From an uncultured Phycisphaerales bacterium (GTDB lineage: Bacteria > Planctomycetota > Phycisphaerae > Sedimentisphaerales > Anaerobacaceae), in NCBI GenBank assembly GCA_963718665.1, contig OY970359.1:704001-768000 (forward strand): 64,000 bases of DNA, read 5' to 3'. Position numbers and translations under genes: made by a program. Below are positions 20,539 through 30,329 of the stretch, in pieces (position 1 is the stretch's first letter; every line of letters starts with the position of its first letter). The notes under the pieces are model-generated. The model saw nothing but the letters and a program-made list of their open reading frames with translations. It was not told the DNA's origin and made no database searches.

Positions 20539-21174
20539 TCAACACGGTAAGTTCTGAACATACCGTTTGGCGATTTCGATAATCGCTTTCCAGTCGCCCT
20601 TCTCGATAAATTCTTTTCTCACGACTGATGTGCCGATGCCGATAGCCACGCATCCCACTGCGAAAAATTCCGCCATATTCTCAGGCCGCACCCCATCGAC
20701 CGCCACAAAATCCACATCGTCAATCGGCCCCCGCAGCGCCTTTATGTAATTTACGCCGAGAGCGGAGGCGGGGAAGATTTTGACCATTTTCGCTCCGTGC
20801 CTTTTGGCGGCGAGAATCTCGGTAGCTGTCGCGGCCCCAGGCAAAATCGCAATATCATTTTTGACGCAATAATCAATCACCTCAGTATTGGTATCCGGCG
20901 CAATGATAAATTCCGCACCCGCCTTGAGCGCCTTTTGGGCTAATTGCGTCGTTATTACGGTCCCAGCGCCGATGCACATTTTGCCGCCCATCTTATCGCG
21001 GAGCATCTTTACCATTTCAAAGACGCCGTCGGTGTTGCAGGTAACTTCGAGCATTTTGATGCCGCCCGCGAGAATCGCTTCCGCAAGATTAACAACCTGG
21101 TCAATCCTGACGCCTCTCGCTATGGCGATTATCTTCTCTTCGCGTATGAGTTTGTAAACCTTTTCCGCCCGCAT
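20539..21174 (-). CDS. eda: KDPG/KHG aldolase
   Basis: IAIARG, LEVT, IGAGTV, PGAATATE and VKIFPA motifs. Confidence 0.88.
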   Translation of the reverse strand: MRAEKVYKLIREEKIIAIARGVRIDQVVNLAEAILAGGIKMLEVTCNTDGVFEMVKMLRDKMGGKMCIGAGTVITTQLAQKALKAGAEFIIAPDTNTEVIDYCVKNDIAILPGAATATEILAAKRHGAKMVKIFPASALGVNYIKALRGPIDDVDFVAVDGVRPENMAEFFAVGCVAIGIGTSVVRKEFIEKGDWKAIIEIAKRYVQNLPC

Positions 21175-21288
21175 ATAATCTCCAACAAATTTCTTAACTG
21201 CCCATTTTGCCAACGATTATACCCACCTCTTGCCAAACGTCAATTTCCGCCAGTCCTCCGCAATTGCGAGTGCGATTCGAGTTTGATT

Positions 21289-21361
21289 CGGCGGGGCCCT
21301 TCGACGACTGTTCGACTTTGCTCACAACAGGCAAGCTCAGGGTAAACAAGCCCCGCCCTAC
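21289..21361. repeat. Triple-nested short repeat elements
   Basis: The outer REP cggcggggc|aagccccgccctac is interrupted by ccttcgac|aagctcagggtaaac, which is itself interrupted by the 27-nt gactgttcgactttgctcacaacaggc. Confidence 0.65.
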
Positions 21362-21518
21362 GATTATTATGAAAACTCTCAAAAGGTCTTATAAAAACAG
21401 CGTAATCATCGAAATAATGCGGGCTTATCGACGAAAAACCACAAGGCATATCGATACCCCCTATAAAACACCGTGCAATTGCACTAAAAAACGGGTTTTC
21501 ATAATAATTTTTTTATGC

Positions 21519-21548
21519 TTGACAAACCCCCTATCCGACAGTTAAATT
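21519..21548 (+). promoter_or_regulatory. Sigma70-type promoter
   Basis: TTGACA-17/18 bp-TTAAAT/TAAATT upstream of the response regulator. Confidence 0.5.
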
Positions 21549-21611
21549 AGGGCAATGAGGTAATTTAGATAGACCGGTGAAGCAAGGGTAAATAAAACAG
21601 GAGAGTGTGAT

Positions 21612-22190
21612 ATGAAGGAGCTATTCACAACTGGAGAGGCAGCAGAAATTTGCCGGGTCAGCCAACAGACAATAATTCGCTGTTTTGATTCGGGTCGGCT
21701 GGAGGGTTTCCGTGTGCCCGGGTCGAAGTTCAGAAGAATCCCCCGCGAAAGCTTAGTAAAATTCATGAAGGACAATGCCATACCATTGGACGGTATGGAG
21801 ACGGGGAAAAAGAAGGTGTTGGTCGTCGATGATGACGCTGAAATCGTCGATTTGCTGGTTGAGGTGCTGTCGCATGACGGCCGATTCGACGTCAAGACGG
21901 CCACCAGCGGATATGAAGCCGGGATACAGACGCAGCGGTTCAGGCCTGATTGCATACTGCTGGATTATATGCTGCCTGATGTAAACGGGAACGTGGTTTG
22001 CCATACCATCCGGAAAAACCCGGAGTTCGAGAACATAAAGATTATCATCGTAAGCGGGGTAATAAAGCAGGAAGAAATAGACCAGCTATTGAAGTCCGGG
22101 GCACAGGATTTTGTGAAGAAGCCGTTCGATATTAATGATTTGATAAATAGAATTTGTGCTACGCTTGAAATGCTGCAAAAAAGCGCATAG
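21612..22190 (+). CDS. Response regulator with N-terminal excisionase-like HTH and C-terminal receiver
   Basis: FTTGEAAEICRVSQQTIIRCFDSG; VVDDD, LLDYMLP and KPF receiver motifs. Confidence 0.92.
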   Translation: MKELFTTGEAAEICRVSQQTIIRCFDSGRLEGFRVPGSKFRRIPRESLVKFMKDNAIPLDGMETGKKKVLVVDDDAEIVDLLVEVLSHDGRFDVKTATSGYEAGIQTQRFRPDCILLDYMLPDVNGNVVCHTIRKNPEFENIKIIIVSGVIKQEEIDQLLKSGAQDFVKKPFDINDLINRICATLEMLQKSA

Positions 22191-22269
22191 TGCCGGCTGG
22201 TTGGCACATCTGTAAAAACCTGCTTGGGGAAGCACCGAAAATTGTCAAGAAAGCAGCGATAGCTGATAT

Positions 22270-24543
22270 GTGAGGATGGGCAATATGCCGGAACAAAATC
22301 CGGACAATTCCGCCGGCCGCAGGGTCGAGCTTGCGGTGGGTCAGTGTGAATCAATCTCAATTCTGCCCTCGGTGGCGTCGCGGTTTCTGACGCAGCTTGG
22401 CAGGATGGAGCTTACCCCAGGGTCGCTGGCAGAGCTTGTGGAATCCGACCCGGCGATTACGGCGTTGATACTGCGATTCTGCCACAACAAGGGAATCGTA
22501 ATCAAACAATGCGATACGTGGCTTTTGCAGGTAATGGAAAACATATCACTGCGGGAGATTCGGGACGCGGTTTTGTCGGCAGAGGTTTTCGGGGGATTGT
22601 CGGACGACGGGGGGAGCGATTTCAGGAAAGAATTGACCCGTCATTCATTAGCGTCGGCCTGCTGCGCCAAACAATTAGCGAAACTTGTATCGCCTGCAAT
22701 TGACGGTGATACCGCTTACTTAGCAGGTTTGCTGCACGATATAGGCAAATTCCTGCTCGATGAAGTGATGCCGAAAAGTTTCGATACGCTGCTTGAACAG
22801 GCGAAGACAGGCAAAACGAGTTTTTGCCAGGTCGAGCAGGCCAATTTCGGTATTGACCATACGATATTAGCCAAGCGATTCGCGCAGAGTATTCGTCTGC
22901 CGAGCGATATTATATTGGGGGTTTGGCTGCATCACAGTCACGCGGGGGCGATACCGCGGATGCCGCAGGCGAGGATAGCCGGAATTGTGGAGGTTGCGGA
23001 TATTATCGTTCGCGGGGCGGGTATCGGCGAATCGGGCAATTACGAGGAGCAGCTCTCGGCTGAAGTAATTGCGGGGACATTGGGGCTAACAGCCGAACAG
23101 GTGAAACAGGTTGAGCAACAGCTGCCCGATCTGGTCCAGCAAAAAAGCGAAGCGGTGGGGCTGAACATCCTGAAGCCGGGGTGGGCATATTGCGACGCAT
23201 TGCGAACCACGGCGGGACAATTAGCTTCCGACAGCTCGAAATTATTCGAGGAAAGCTCACGGCTGCAAAGCAGCGCGAGTTATTTCGATTTTATAAAAGA
23301 GCTGACACCAAAAATCAACTCATCCATGCCTGCGATCGAGCTGGCGAAAAATTACGCATTAGTATGGCAGAATTTTTATCATACAGGACCTGTGTGTGTT
23401 TATCTTACCGACCAGCTCGAAGAAGGCATCGTCGAAGGGGTAGTTGCTGAGAACCAAGCAAGCGCAAAAACAATTTTGCTTGAAGTGCCCGGCGACGCGG
23501 AATTAATCCCGCAGCCGATGAGTGAAAAATTTGTAGTATTGGACGCTGAAGATAATATCGATTGGCTGTTCGAGCAGTGCGACGTCAAGTTCGACCTGAG
23601 CCGGACCAAGATTGCCCCACTTCAGGCAGATGAACGAACTGTTGGAATAATCATATTCGAGCTTCGCCACCCAGCGGGAGGCGATATCGCTGAACGATTC
23701 GGGCCTGCGGCGAGATTTGGGGGCACAATCCTCGATATGCTGGAGACAATCGGCAGCCAGCAATGGTATGCGGAACGGTTTGCGCAAGCGATGGGAAGCC
23801 AGCGTTCAGCGGACAGCGTTCAGCGGACAGCGTTCAGCGGGCAGCGTACAGCGGACAGGGAACTGAAAACAGAAAACGGTTCGGAGGCGATGGTGGAAAT
23901 GGCGGCGGGAGCAGCACACGAATTGAATAATCCGCTGTCGGTTATTTCGGGACGGGCACAGTTATTAGCCAAAAGCGAAAACGACCCAGACAGAAAACGC
24001 ATCTTAGAGCAGATTCAGCAAAACGCGGGCGAACTTTCGGCGATTATCGACGACCTGATGAGCTACGCAAACCCGGAACAGCCGAGGGCAACCGAAACAG
24101 CCGTGGGACAAATAATCAATGACGCGATTGATTTGACAAAACAGAAAAAGCAAATGAATCAACTCGATATCAAAATTGATATTACGACTGATACGCCGGT
24201 GGTTTTTGTTGACTCGGCGCAGATTGCCTGCGCGATATCAAACATTCTCTGCAATGGTCTTGAGGCATATCCGTCTCAAGCGGGTCCGATTGTAATAGAG
24301 GTTACAGCCGACAAAACAAATAATACTGTGAGTATGCAGGTGATTGACTCAGGCGGGGGTATGGATGAGCAGACGCTTGCCAAAGCGACGCATCCGTTCT
24401 TTTCGGCAAGGCCTGCGGGCAGGAAACGCGGAATGGGCCTTGCACATGCGCAACGGCTGATAGAGATTAACCACGGAAAACTTTCATTAGCGAGCCAGCC
24501 GGATAAAGGAACGACGGCTACTGTGACGCTACCCAGCGTATAG
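22270..24543 (+). CDS. HDOD-domain sensor histidine kinase
   Basis: ESDPAITALIL, AGLLHDIGK, AHELNNPL (H box), NILCNG, DSGGG, PFFS and GMGL motifs. Confidence 0.92.
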   Translation: MRMGNMPEQNPDNSAGRRVELAVGQCESISILPSVASRFLTQLGRMELTPGSLAELVESDPAITALILRFCHNKGIVIKQCDTWLLQVMENISLREIRDAVLSAEVFGGLSDDGGSDFRKELTRHSLASACCAKQLAKLVSPAIDGDTAYLAGLLHDIGKFLLDEVMPKSFDTLLEQAKTGKTSFCQVEQANFGIDHTILAKRFAQSIRLPSDIILGVWLHHSHAGAIPRMPQARIAGIVEVADIIVRGAGIGESGNYEEQLSAEVIAGTLGLTAEQVKQVEQQLPDLVQQKSEAVGLNILKPGWAYCDALRTTAGQLASDSSKLFEESSRLQSSASYFDFIKELTPKINSSMPAIELAKNYALVWQNFYHTGPVCVYLTDQLEEGIVEGVVAENQASAKTILLEVPGDAELIPQPMSEKFVVLDAEDNIDWLFEQCDVKFDLSRTKIAPLQADERTVGIIIFELRHPAGGDIAERFGPAARFGGTILDMLETIGSQQWYAERFAQAMGSQRSADSVQRTAFSGQRTADRELKTENGSEAMVEMAAGAAHELNNPLSVISGRAQLLAKSENDPDRKRILEQIQQNAGELSAIIDDLMSYANPEQPRATETAVGQIINDAIDLTKQKKQMNQLDIKIDITTDTPVVFVDSAQIACAISNILCNGLEAYPSQAGPIVIEVTADKTNNTVSMQVIDSGGGMDEQTLAKATHPFFSARPAGRKRGMGLAHAQRLIEINHGKLSLASQPDKGTTATVTLPSV
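23800..23862 (+). repeat. In-frame heptamer tandem array (9 x CAGCG-type unit)
   Basis: cagcgtt cagcgga cagcgtt cagcgga cagcgtt cagcggg cagcgta cagcgga cagggaa = 63 nt. Confidence 0.9.
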
Positions 24544-24900
24544 CGGACAGCGTTCAAAAAAGACACCAGACCATAAAGAGCGTACAGCGGGCAGTCCTTC
24601 AATTCAAAAATCAAAATGCAAAAAGTAAAAATGTGGTATCCTTAAGGGATGATTTTGCAACTGTGTAAAGCGGATAGCGGGCAGTGGGTAGGATGTCAGT
24701 TTTAAGTGTTTAGTGTTTAGTGTTTAGTTTTGAGTTAGGAGGATGCGGAAGATTAAAAAACTTGCTTTTATTGCCGGTTTGACGATATATTGGCAATTTA
24801 TGGCTGGAATAAATATCTTTTGACACTGATTAACACGGATTGACACGGTCTTATTAACAACGGAAATAAAACTTAGTGCCTTAGGGGCTTTGTGGTAGTA
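24534..24900. repeat. Cluster of mixed 7-mer and 9-mer short tandem repeats
   Basis: cagcgta tagcgga cagcgtt; ttcaaaaatcaaaatgcaaaaagtaaaa; (tgtttag)3; acactgattaacacggattgacacgg; cttagtgccttaggggctttgtgg. Confidence 0.7.
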
Positions 24901-24992
24901 GAAGATAAAAATTACGGCAGGATGAAAAATGGCGAAAATAGGAAATCGCCCTTAGTTTTCCTATTTTCAACAAAAAGAGGATTTTTGGCAAG

Positions 24993-25895
24993 ATGACGAA
25001 AAACGGTAACAATCAATTACTTCGAGAATTTAGTAATGAGGACATTAAGAACGCGGTGTATAATATGTTCAAATTTTTGCGGCCCGTAAGTGATGAAAGA
25101 ATATATCATTATACTACACTCAGTGCTTTTAAAGGAATTTTAGAAAGTCGGTCATTGCACTTAAGTCACATTTTATGCTCAAATGATTATACCGAGTTTG
25201 AAAATGGGATCAAATTTTTTTGGGAAGACTGGTTAAGTTCAGCAAAAGAAAAATTTAGTAATCTGACTAGCTGCATTAAAAATCATGAGTCACTTAAAGA
25301 AACTCTTTTGAACGCACACAACAAAACCAACCATTCTTGTTTTTTCTCCTGTTGTTTTGGTGAAAAAGGCAACGATAAGTTAAATCAATGGAGAGTTTAT
25401 GCACAGGACGGATTTGGGGTTGCTATAGGGTTTGATACGCAGGTAATGTTAGAAATATGTAGATTAAAGGGTTTTTTTCTTGGAAAATGTCTCTACCTGA
25501 AAGACGATAAAATCAAGGCGTGCGATACGTTAGCCGAGCAATTGCAACATGATATCAAGAATAAGAATTTTCGAGACCTTTTAATGATAGACACGCAAAT
25601 TTTCAGTTTGTTTGCTAAAGATGAATGTTTTGAGGAAGAACGAGAAGCACGGATCGCAACGCACCCCATAAATATAAGTCTGGATATTAAAGAAAGAAAC
25701 AATCGGTTAGTGGCATTTTATGCTTTAGACATAAAAGAAGTAATGACGAATCTTATAAGAGAAGTGAGAATAGGTCCCTCCCATAAATCTTACGAAATAC
25801 GTAAAATGATAGAAATCCTATTAGAAAAAGCAGGAATTGTTAATTGCGTTATAAAAGAATCAAATATCCCATACCGAAGTTATAAGATCCAATGA
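24993..25895 (+). CDS. DUF2971-like protein, AT-rich
   Basis: IYHYTT, NDYTE, LNQWRVYA..G.GVAIGF, K...F.EE.EAR and IREVRIGP motifs; visibly more AT-rich than the flanks. Confidence 0.8.
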   Translation: MTKNGNNQLLREFSNEDIKNAVYNMFKFLRPVSDERIYHYTTLSAFKGILESRSLHLSHILCSNDYTEFENGIKFFWEDWLSSAKEKFSNLTSCIKNHESLKETLLNAHNKTNHSCFFSCCFGEKGNDKLNQWRVYAQDGFGVAIGFDTQVMLEICRLKGFFLGKCLYLKDDKIKACDTLAEQLQHDIKNKNFRDLLMIDTQIFSLFAKDECFEEEREARIATHPINISLDIKERNNRLVAFYALDIKEVMTNLIREVRIGPSHKSYEIRKMIEILLEKAGIVNCVIKESNIPYRSYKIQ

Positions 25896-25984
25896 AGTAT
25901 ACTATCTTATATGAAGAGATAGCCAGTACAACAATCATAATCCAACCATTTTCCCAACTTGGCACTGCGCGATGGGGTTGAGAA

Positions 25985-26475
25985 AGTAATCCGCCTGCGG
26001 CAGATAAACCCTGCCACTCGCAGAGTAACCCCTTAATAAATTGAGGGGCTAAATTTCTGGATTCCGCAACAGGTGCGGAGTGACAAAAACCCCTGTGAGA
26101 TAGGCAAGGCCATCTAGCCCCGGCCTACGAATTTTAAGACCCTGCCCACCCCTGCCAACGACATGCTGGGACAGGCAGGAGGCAGGACTAACCAAAAAGT
26201 AATCCTCGCGAGTGCAACCCCGGCCAGAGACCGGGGCTATATACAAACACCCGATGGGGGCGTTGAAGAGAAAATATCGCCGCCGTTCCGGCGGCGGCTA
26301 AACAATAAGAAATAAACCTCTGTGAGACAGGCCACAGTGGGATAACGGAAACCGTATCCCACGTGGTAAACAATCTCACGGGGTAAGCCCCGGCATACGA
26401 ATTACCCCCAGGCGGGCCTGGGGGCTAACCGATAAGAAATAACCCCGGCCGCAGGAGCCGGGGCTAACCGAAACA
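25985..26475. repeat. Dense mosaic of GC-rich hairpins / REP-like elements
   Basis: About a dozen inverted repeats, several ending GGGGCTA; internal direct repeats. Confidence 0.7.
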
Positions 26476-26689
26476 GTTAAGTCCTAAAAACAGTGAGTTT
26501 GGGGGGGAAACAAACCGCAAACGATACAATCGGCATAGGGGTAACGCAATAAAACTGATAGGACGTTAGTTATGGGGCTGGTGTGGCTTAAAACAGGCGG
26601 GTAAAGCCAAGGGCGGGAAAGGTCGATTTTTAAGGTGTGGGAAGGGACACCGACCATCAATAACTTTATGATTTTTAAGCGAGGACGCG

Positions 26690-27338
26690 GTGAACGACGA
26701 AAGACGAAATAAACGGCTGCGCCTGTTGATCAGGAAATTTAACAAGCAGCGTAAAAAGCAGGCAAAGCAAATTGATATTCTTTGCAATGATATTATGACG
26801 GCGCACAAGGACTTTCTAAAGGCGCTGCGCAATCGGCTTCGCAGCGGACTTTTACAACGCGATAATCGGTATTACCGACCTGAACGAATTACTTTGCACC
26901 GCGGGCAGCTACATCCAGAAGCATACGCCTGACGTACATATAGCGTTTTTCCTGCTTGCCCAGAGCGGAGTCGAGGGGGCGCAGCCGGATAATTTCGAGC
27001 TGCATGTGTTCGAGAGCGACTTAGCCATTGACCTCGATGACAGGCGGGTGGAAAACTTTTTTAACACCGAATTAGTCACCAATATCAGCAAATCCAACCA
27101 GATTTGCACAGTCGAAGATATGGTGGGAATGGGACTTCAATGCTCTCCCGTGTTCTTAGAGAAAATCTCGACGGCTGCGATACCATTAGCGACGGCGGGC
27201 AGCTCAATGGGTTTTATGCTCGTCTATCGGTCATCGCGTAATCCGCTGACAGCCGAAGAGCTTAAATCCTTGGCGCAGATTACACCCGGACTGGCACGTT
27301 CAATCGCATCCTGCCGGAACCTTATCAGCAGTATCTAA
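26690..27338 (+). pseudogene. Frameshifted GAF-like regulatory protein (or assembly indel)
   Basis: The coding frame switches near 26828 (ctgcgc aatc); the second frame reads AIGFAADFYNAIIGITDLNELL...FELHVFESD into ORF 27006-27338. Confidence 0.7.
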
Positions 27339-27441
27339 TTGTTTCTGAAACGCCAAAAGCCCTCCCCAAAACAGTTGCACAAACCCCAATATCCTGCGCA
27401 TAATAACGGCGTAAAATAACTGACGCCGGAGAGCTTCAAAT

Positions 27442-27762
27442 ATGGCAGGCAAAAACGAAACAAGCGAAGAGGCCTTTGAGACGGTCGAGCCGGTAGGCAA
27501 ACGAGTGCTTATCCGCAAAGACGAGGACAAAAAACAGACCAAGGGCGGGATTCAACTGCCGGACAATATCGAGATTCCCACAATAACGGGCAGAATCGTG
27601 GCGATATCGGCTGAGGTTGAAAATATGCCGGAGATACCGCTTGCAAAATACGACAAGGTGCTGTTCAATCCCAAGGGGGCCATACCTGTTGACTTCGAGG
27701 GAAATAACCGGCTGTTTGTGGTAGAGGTTGAGAACGTCGTGGCGGTATTCAGAAAGACATAG
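27442..27762 (+). CDS. Co-chaperonin GroES family protein
   Basis: VEPVGKRVLI, TKGGIQLPD and GRIVAI motifs; no groEL adjacent. Confidence 0.85.
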   Translation: MAGKNETSEEAFETVEPVGKRVLIRKDEDKKQTKGGIQLPDNIEIPTITGRIVAISAEVENMPEIPLAKYDKVLFNPKGAIPVDFEGNNRLFVVEVENVVAVFRKT

Positions 27763-27794
27763 CCGGCTTATCGCGGCAATTATTGAAACGCGGA

Positions 27795-27836
27795 TAAAAA
27801 AATATGCCAGAAGGCGCTTGAATCCTTCTGGCATTT
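27795..27836 (-). terminator. Intrinsic terminator between convergent genes
   Basis: ATGCCAGAAGG / CCTTCTGGCAT stem with an A-run on its left. Confidence 0.75.
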
Positions 27837-27884
27837 CCGGGTTGCCTGACCGAAATCGGCAAACAGGGGGATAAGCTCTGATTA

Positions 27885-28508
27885 TTACATTTTGTCTGTT
27901 AGATTTACGCCATTTTTGCGGCGATTGACCAGCATAAGGAACGCTGTAAAGAACAATGTTACCGTCGCCGGCTCAGGAGTCGGAACCGGGGGCGGCTCAG
28001 GAGCAGGGGGCGGGGCCGGAGTGTAGTGGTACGTCGGATACGTATATTTTTGTTGGGCCTCTTCAAGAGACGAGTCAGATAACCCTTCACTTCGCACCAT
28101 CCCGCCGCCATTGTCGCCGCCACCACCCAAATAACCACTTTCCACTCCGGGCGTCTCATATTCGGACCGCTCAAAAACAGCGATGACCATTTTGGGCGAA
28201 TTAAGAAATACGGTGGTGGAGCTGGTTACAGAGTTGCTGACGCTGCCCAGCCAGCAAACGAACTGATAGCCGGGCTTAGGTGTGGCTTTCAGCGTAACAT
28301 CCGAGTATATGTCGTAAGCATGAACACCTGTCGGGATGTTAAGAAAGCCACCTTCCACGGGACTCGCCTCCAACATTAAAGATGTCCCGTTTTCCTGAAC
28401 TGATGCCTGCGCGGAAAAACAAAAAAGCAGCGTTGCACAGCAAATAATCACCGCAGAACACCAGGATTTCGAATTATTTCTTTTCATCTTATTCATCATC
28501 CCTCGCAC
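27885..28508 (-). CDS. PEP-CTERM protein with B-repeat-like domain
   Basis: Signal peptide, LKATPKPGYQFVCW, Pro-rich linker, TPEPATVTLFF...RRK. Confidence 0.85.
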   Translation of the reverse strand: MRGMMNKMKRNNSKSWCSAVIICCATLLFCFSAQASVQENGTSLMLEASPVEGGFLNIPTGVHAYDIYSDVTLKATPKPGYQFVCWLGSVSNSVTSSTTVFLNSPKMVIAVFERSEYETPGVESGYLGGGGDNGGGMVRSEGLSDSSLEEAQQKYTYPTYHYTPAPPPAPEPPPVPTPEPATVTLFFTAFLMLVNRRKNGVNLTDKM

Positions 28509-28550
28509 GATTGCAATTACCCGCCCAACAAAACCAGGCGTGTGTCGGCT

Positions 28551-29186
28551 CTACACCGCCTGGCGTTTTCTACCCCGCTTCGCTGCATATAAAGCCGATG
28601 CGATGCCAAATAATGCCATTGTGCACGGTTCCGGAGTCGGAACAGGCGGCGGAGTTGTGGAAGCGGCGTTAACTGCAAAATCACCCGTGGTTGGTGCATA
28701 GTTGCTGCTATATACCAAATACCATGAATGGTCGTTGGCAAGCAAATAACCGACGCCGGAGGACCATACCCACACTCCCGGAGTTACACTAACAGACGGA
28801 TCCGGCGAAATACCGCCGCTACCGTCCGACTGTGAGCAGGTCTGGTGCATCAGCGATGATGCAACAGCGCTTTTGTCGCTATTCAGCACGCTAAAGCTTT
28901 CGACGCTTTCGGTGCTGCTGCTTTCATTGAACAACTGGTAAACGTAGATGTATGGGTCGGTGCTGGGCATAGGCACTCCACCTCCCCAGGTAAACTCGCC
29001 GGAACTCGCAGTATAAACATTAAACACCACTTCCACATTAAGCCCGGCACCATCCGAGTAGGTATTGTAGCCCCCCCACTTTCCTCCATCGAGAGAGCTG
29101 GAAGGCAAAGCCAACGCATTCTGCGCCAGCACGGTTATGACCATTATTACAGAGAGTACAGCAACTATGTTTTTCATCACCTTCAT
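28551..29186 (-). CDS. PEP-CTERM protein
   Basis: Signal peptide; TPEPCTMALFGIASALYAAKRGRKR. Confidence 0.9.
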   Translation of the reverse strand: MKVMKNIVAVLSVIMVITVLAQNALALPSSSLDGGKWGGYNTYSDGAGLNVEVVFNVYTASSGEFTWGGGVPMPSTDPYIYVYQLFNESSSTESVESFSVLNSDKSAVASSLMHQTCSQSDGSGGISPDPSVSVTPGVWVWSSGVGYLLANDHSWYLVYSSNYAPTTGDFAVNAASTTPPPVPTPEPCTMALFGIASALYAAKRGRKRQAV

Positions 29187-29257
29187 CGTTTCCTTTCACA
29201 CACACTTTACTTTTTCGCCAAATTACACAAAAACCGGATACAATTCGTCTTCTCCGG

Positions 29258-29920
29258 TTAAGCTTTCTTTTGTTTTCTTCGGACAGCCATAAAAGCCCCG
29301 CCGATTAACAGGCCAAACGTTGCCGGCTCGGGAATGCAAATGGTATTGATAGTAACGCTGTCAACCATGATGTCGCCCTTGAGAACAAGCCATTCGCTTG
29401 AAGGATTGGGATAAACGTTGAGTTTGAAAAGCGTAGTTGTCCAGCCGTCATTAAGTGGGGTTTCCTGGCGTGAAATCAGCACACTGTCATAATCGCACTC
29501 GATTCCCAAAAGCGGCTTATCCGGCACAAAACTACTAAGGCCCGCGCCTTGCCACGTTACCTCAACCCATATATCTTTTTCGGGCTGAGCAACCGGGTAA
29601 TTGGGGATAATAAAATCCATTTCGCCATTAAGCGTCCAAACGCCGCTGTGCTGCCCAACGGAACTATTCCATTGAGAACTGGTACTAACAACCAGCTGCG
29701 GGGTACCGAAAGGATTATTCCAGCCGTTATCCGGCAGCACCGGGCCATAATTCCACGCCGAAAACGACCACTGCTCAAAAGTAGTCGTAGGCCCTGGGCT
29801 CCAGGGCGGCGATGTGTAAGCACTGACATCCGCGACAACCACCGTACTCAGAACAACCAAAGATATGAACGCCATCCCGGCTCGCAACCAATTTTTTTGT
29901 ACTTTTTTACTATTCATCAC
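29258..29920 (-). CDS. PEP-CTERM protein
   Basis: Signal peptide; IPEPATFGLLIGGAFMAVRRK. Confidence 0.9.
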   Translation of the reverse strand: MMNSKKVQKNWLRAGMAFISLVVLSTVVVADVSAYTSPPWSPGPTTTFEQWSFSAWNYGPVLPDNGWNNPFGTPQLVVSTSSQWNSSVGQHSGVWTLNGEMDFIIPNYPVAQPEKDIWVEVTWQGAGLSSFVPDKPLLGIECDYDSVLISRQETPLNDGWTTTLFKLNVYPNPSSEWLVLKGDIMVDSVTINTICIPEPATFGLLIGGAFMAVRRKQKKA

Positions 29921-30300
29921 CAGGCCTCCTTGTTGACTCTTCGCCTTTCTTTATTTTTACATCAAAGCACAACGGCAGACCGTGTGCATAACGCCTCGAC
30001 CTGCGCACCGTCCGCAATCTGCGCGCAGAATCGGCGCACAATTCTTCTCAATTCTCTTCTCGTAAAATTCCCCTGCCCTACCCCAATAGCAAGACCCCTT
30101 GCCCGGCTATTGGCTCGAATGGCTGTAAGCTGCTAAAAATAAAGCACTTACAATGCCTTCACTATGTGATTTCCCTCTTCCCCCGCTTCTCAAACGGTAC
30201 TACTGTGACACATAATGAGAAATCACTCACTGTCAAAGAGCATATACAACTACCCTTACTACTAGTGAGTTTTCTCGTCAGCCCCCAAGCTGATAGTTGC

Positions 30301-30329
30301 ATTAAACCATATTGCCTAAATGAAGTCAA
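30301..30329 (-). promoter_or_regulatory. Sigma70-type promoter for the PEP-CTERM trio
   Basis: Minus strand TTGACT-17 bp-TTTAAT, preceded by an A-tract. Confidence 0.5.

Noticed and set aside
25985..26475. CRISPR array
   Set aside because: The repeats are not identical or regularly spaced, and no cas genes are present.
30088..30104. Sigma54 promoter upstream of the PEP-CTERM trio
   Set aside because: The GG-to-GC spacing is 11 nt, not the required 10.
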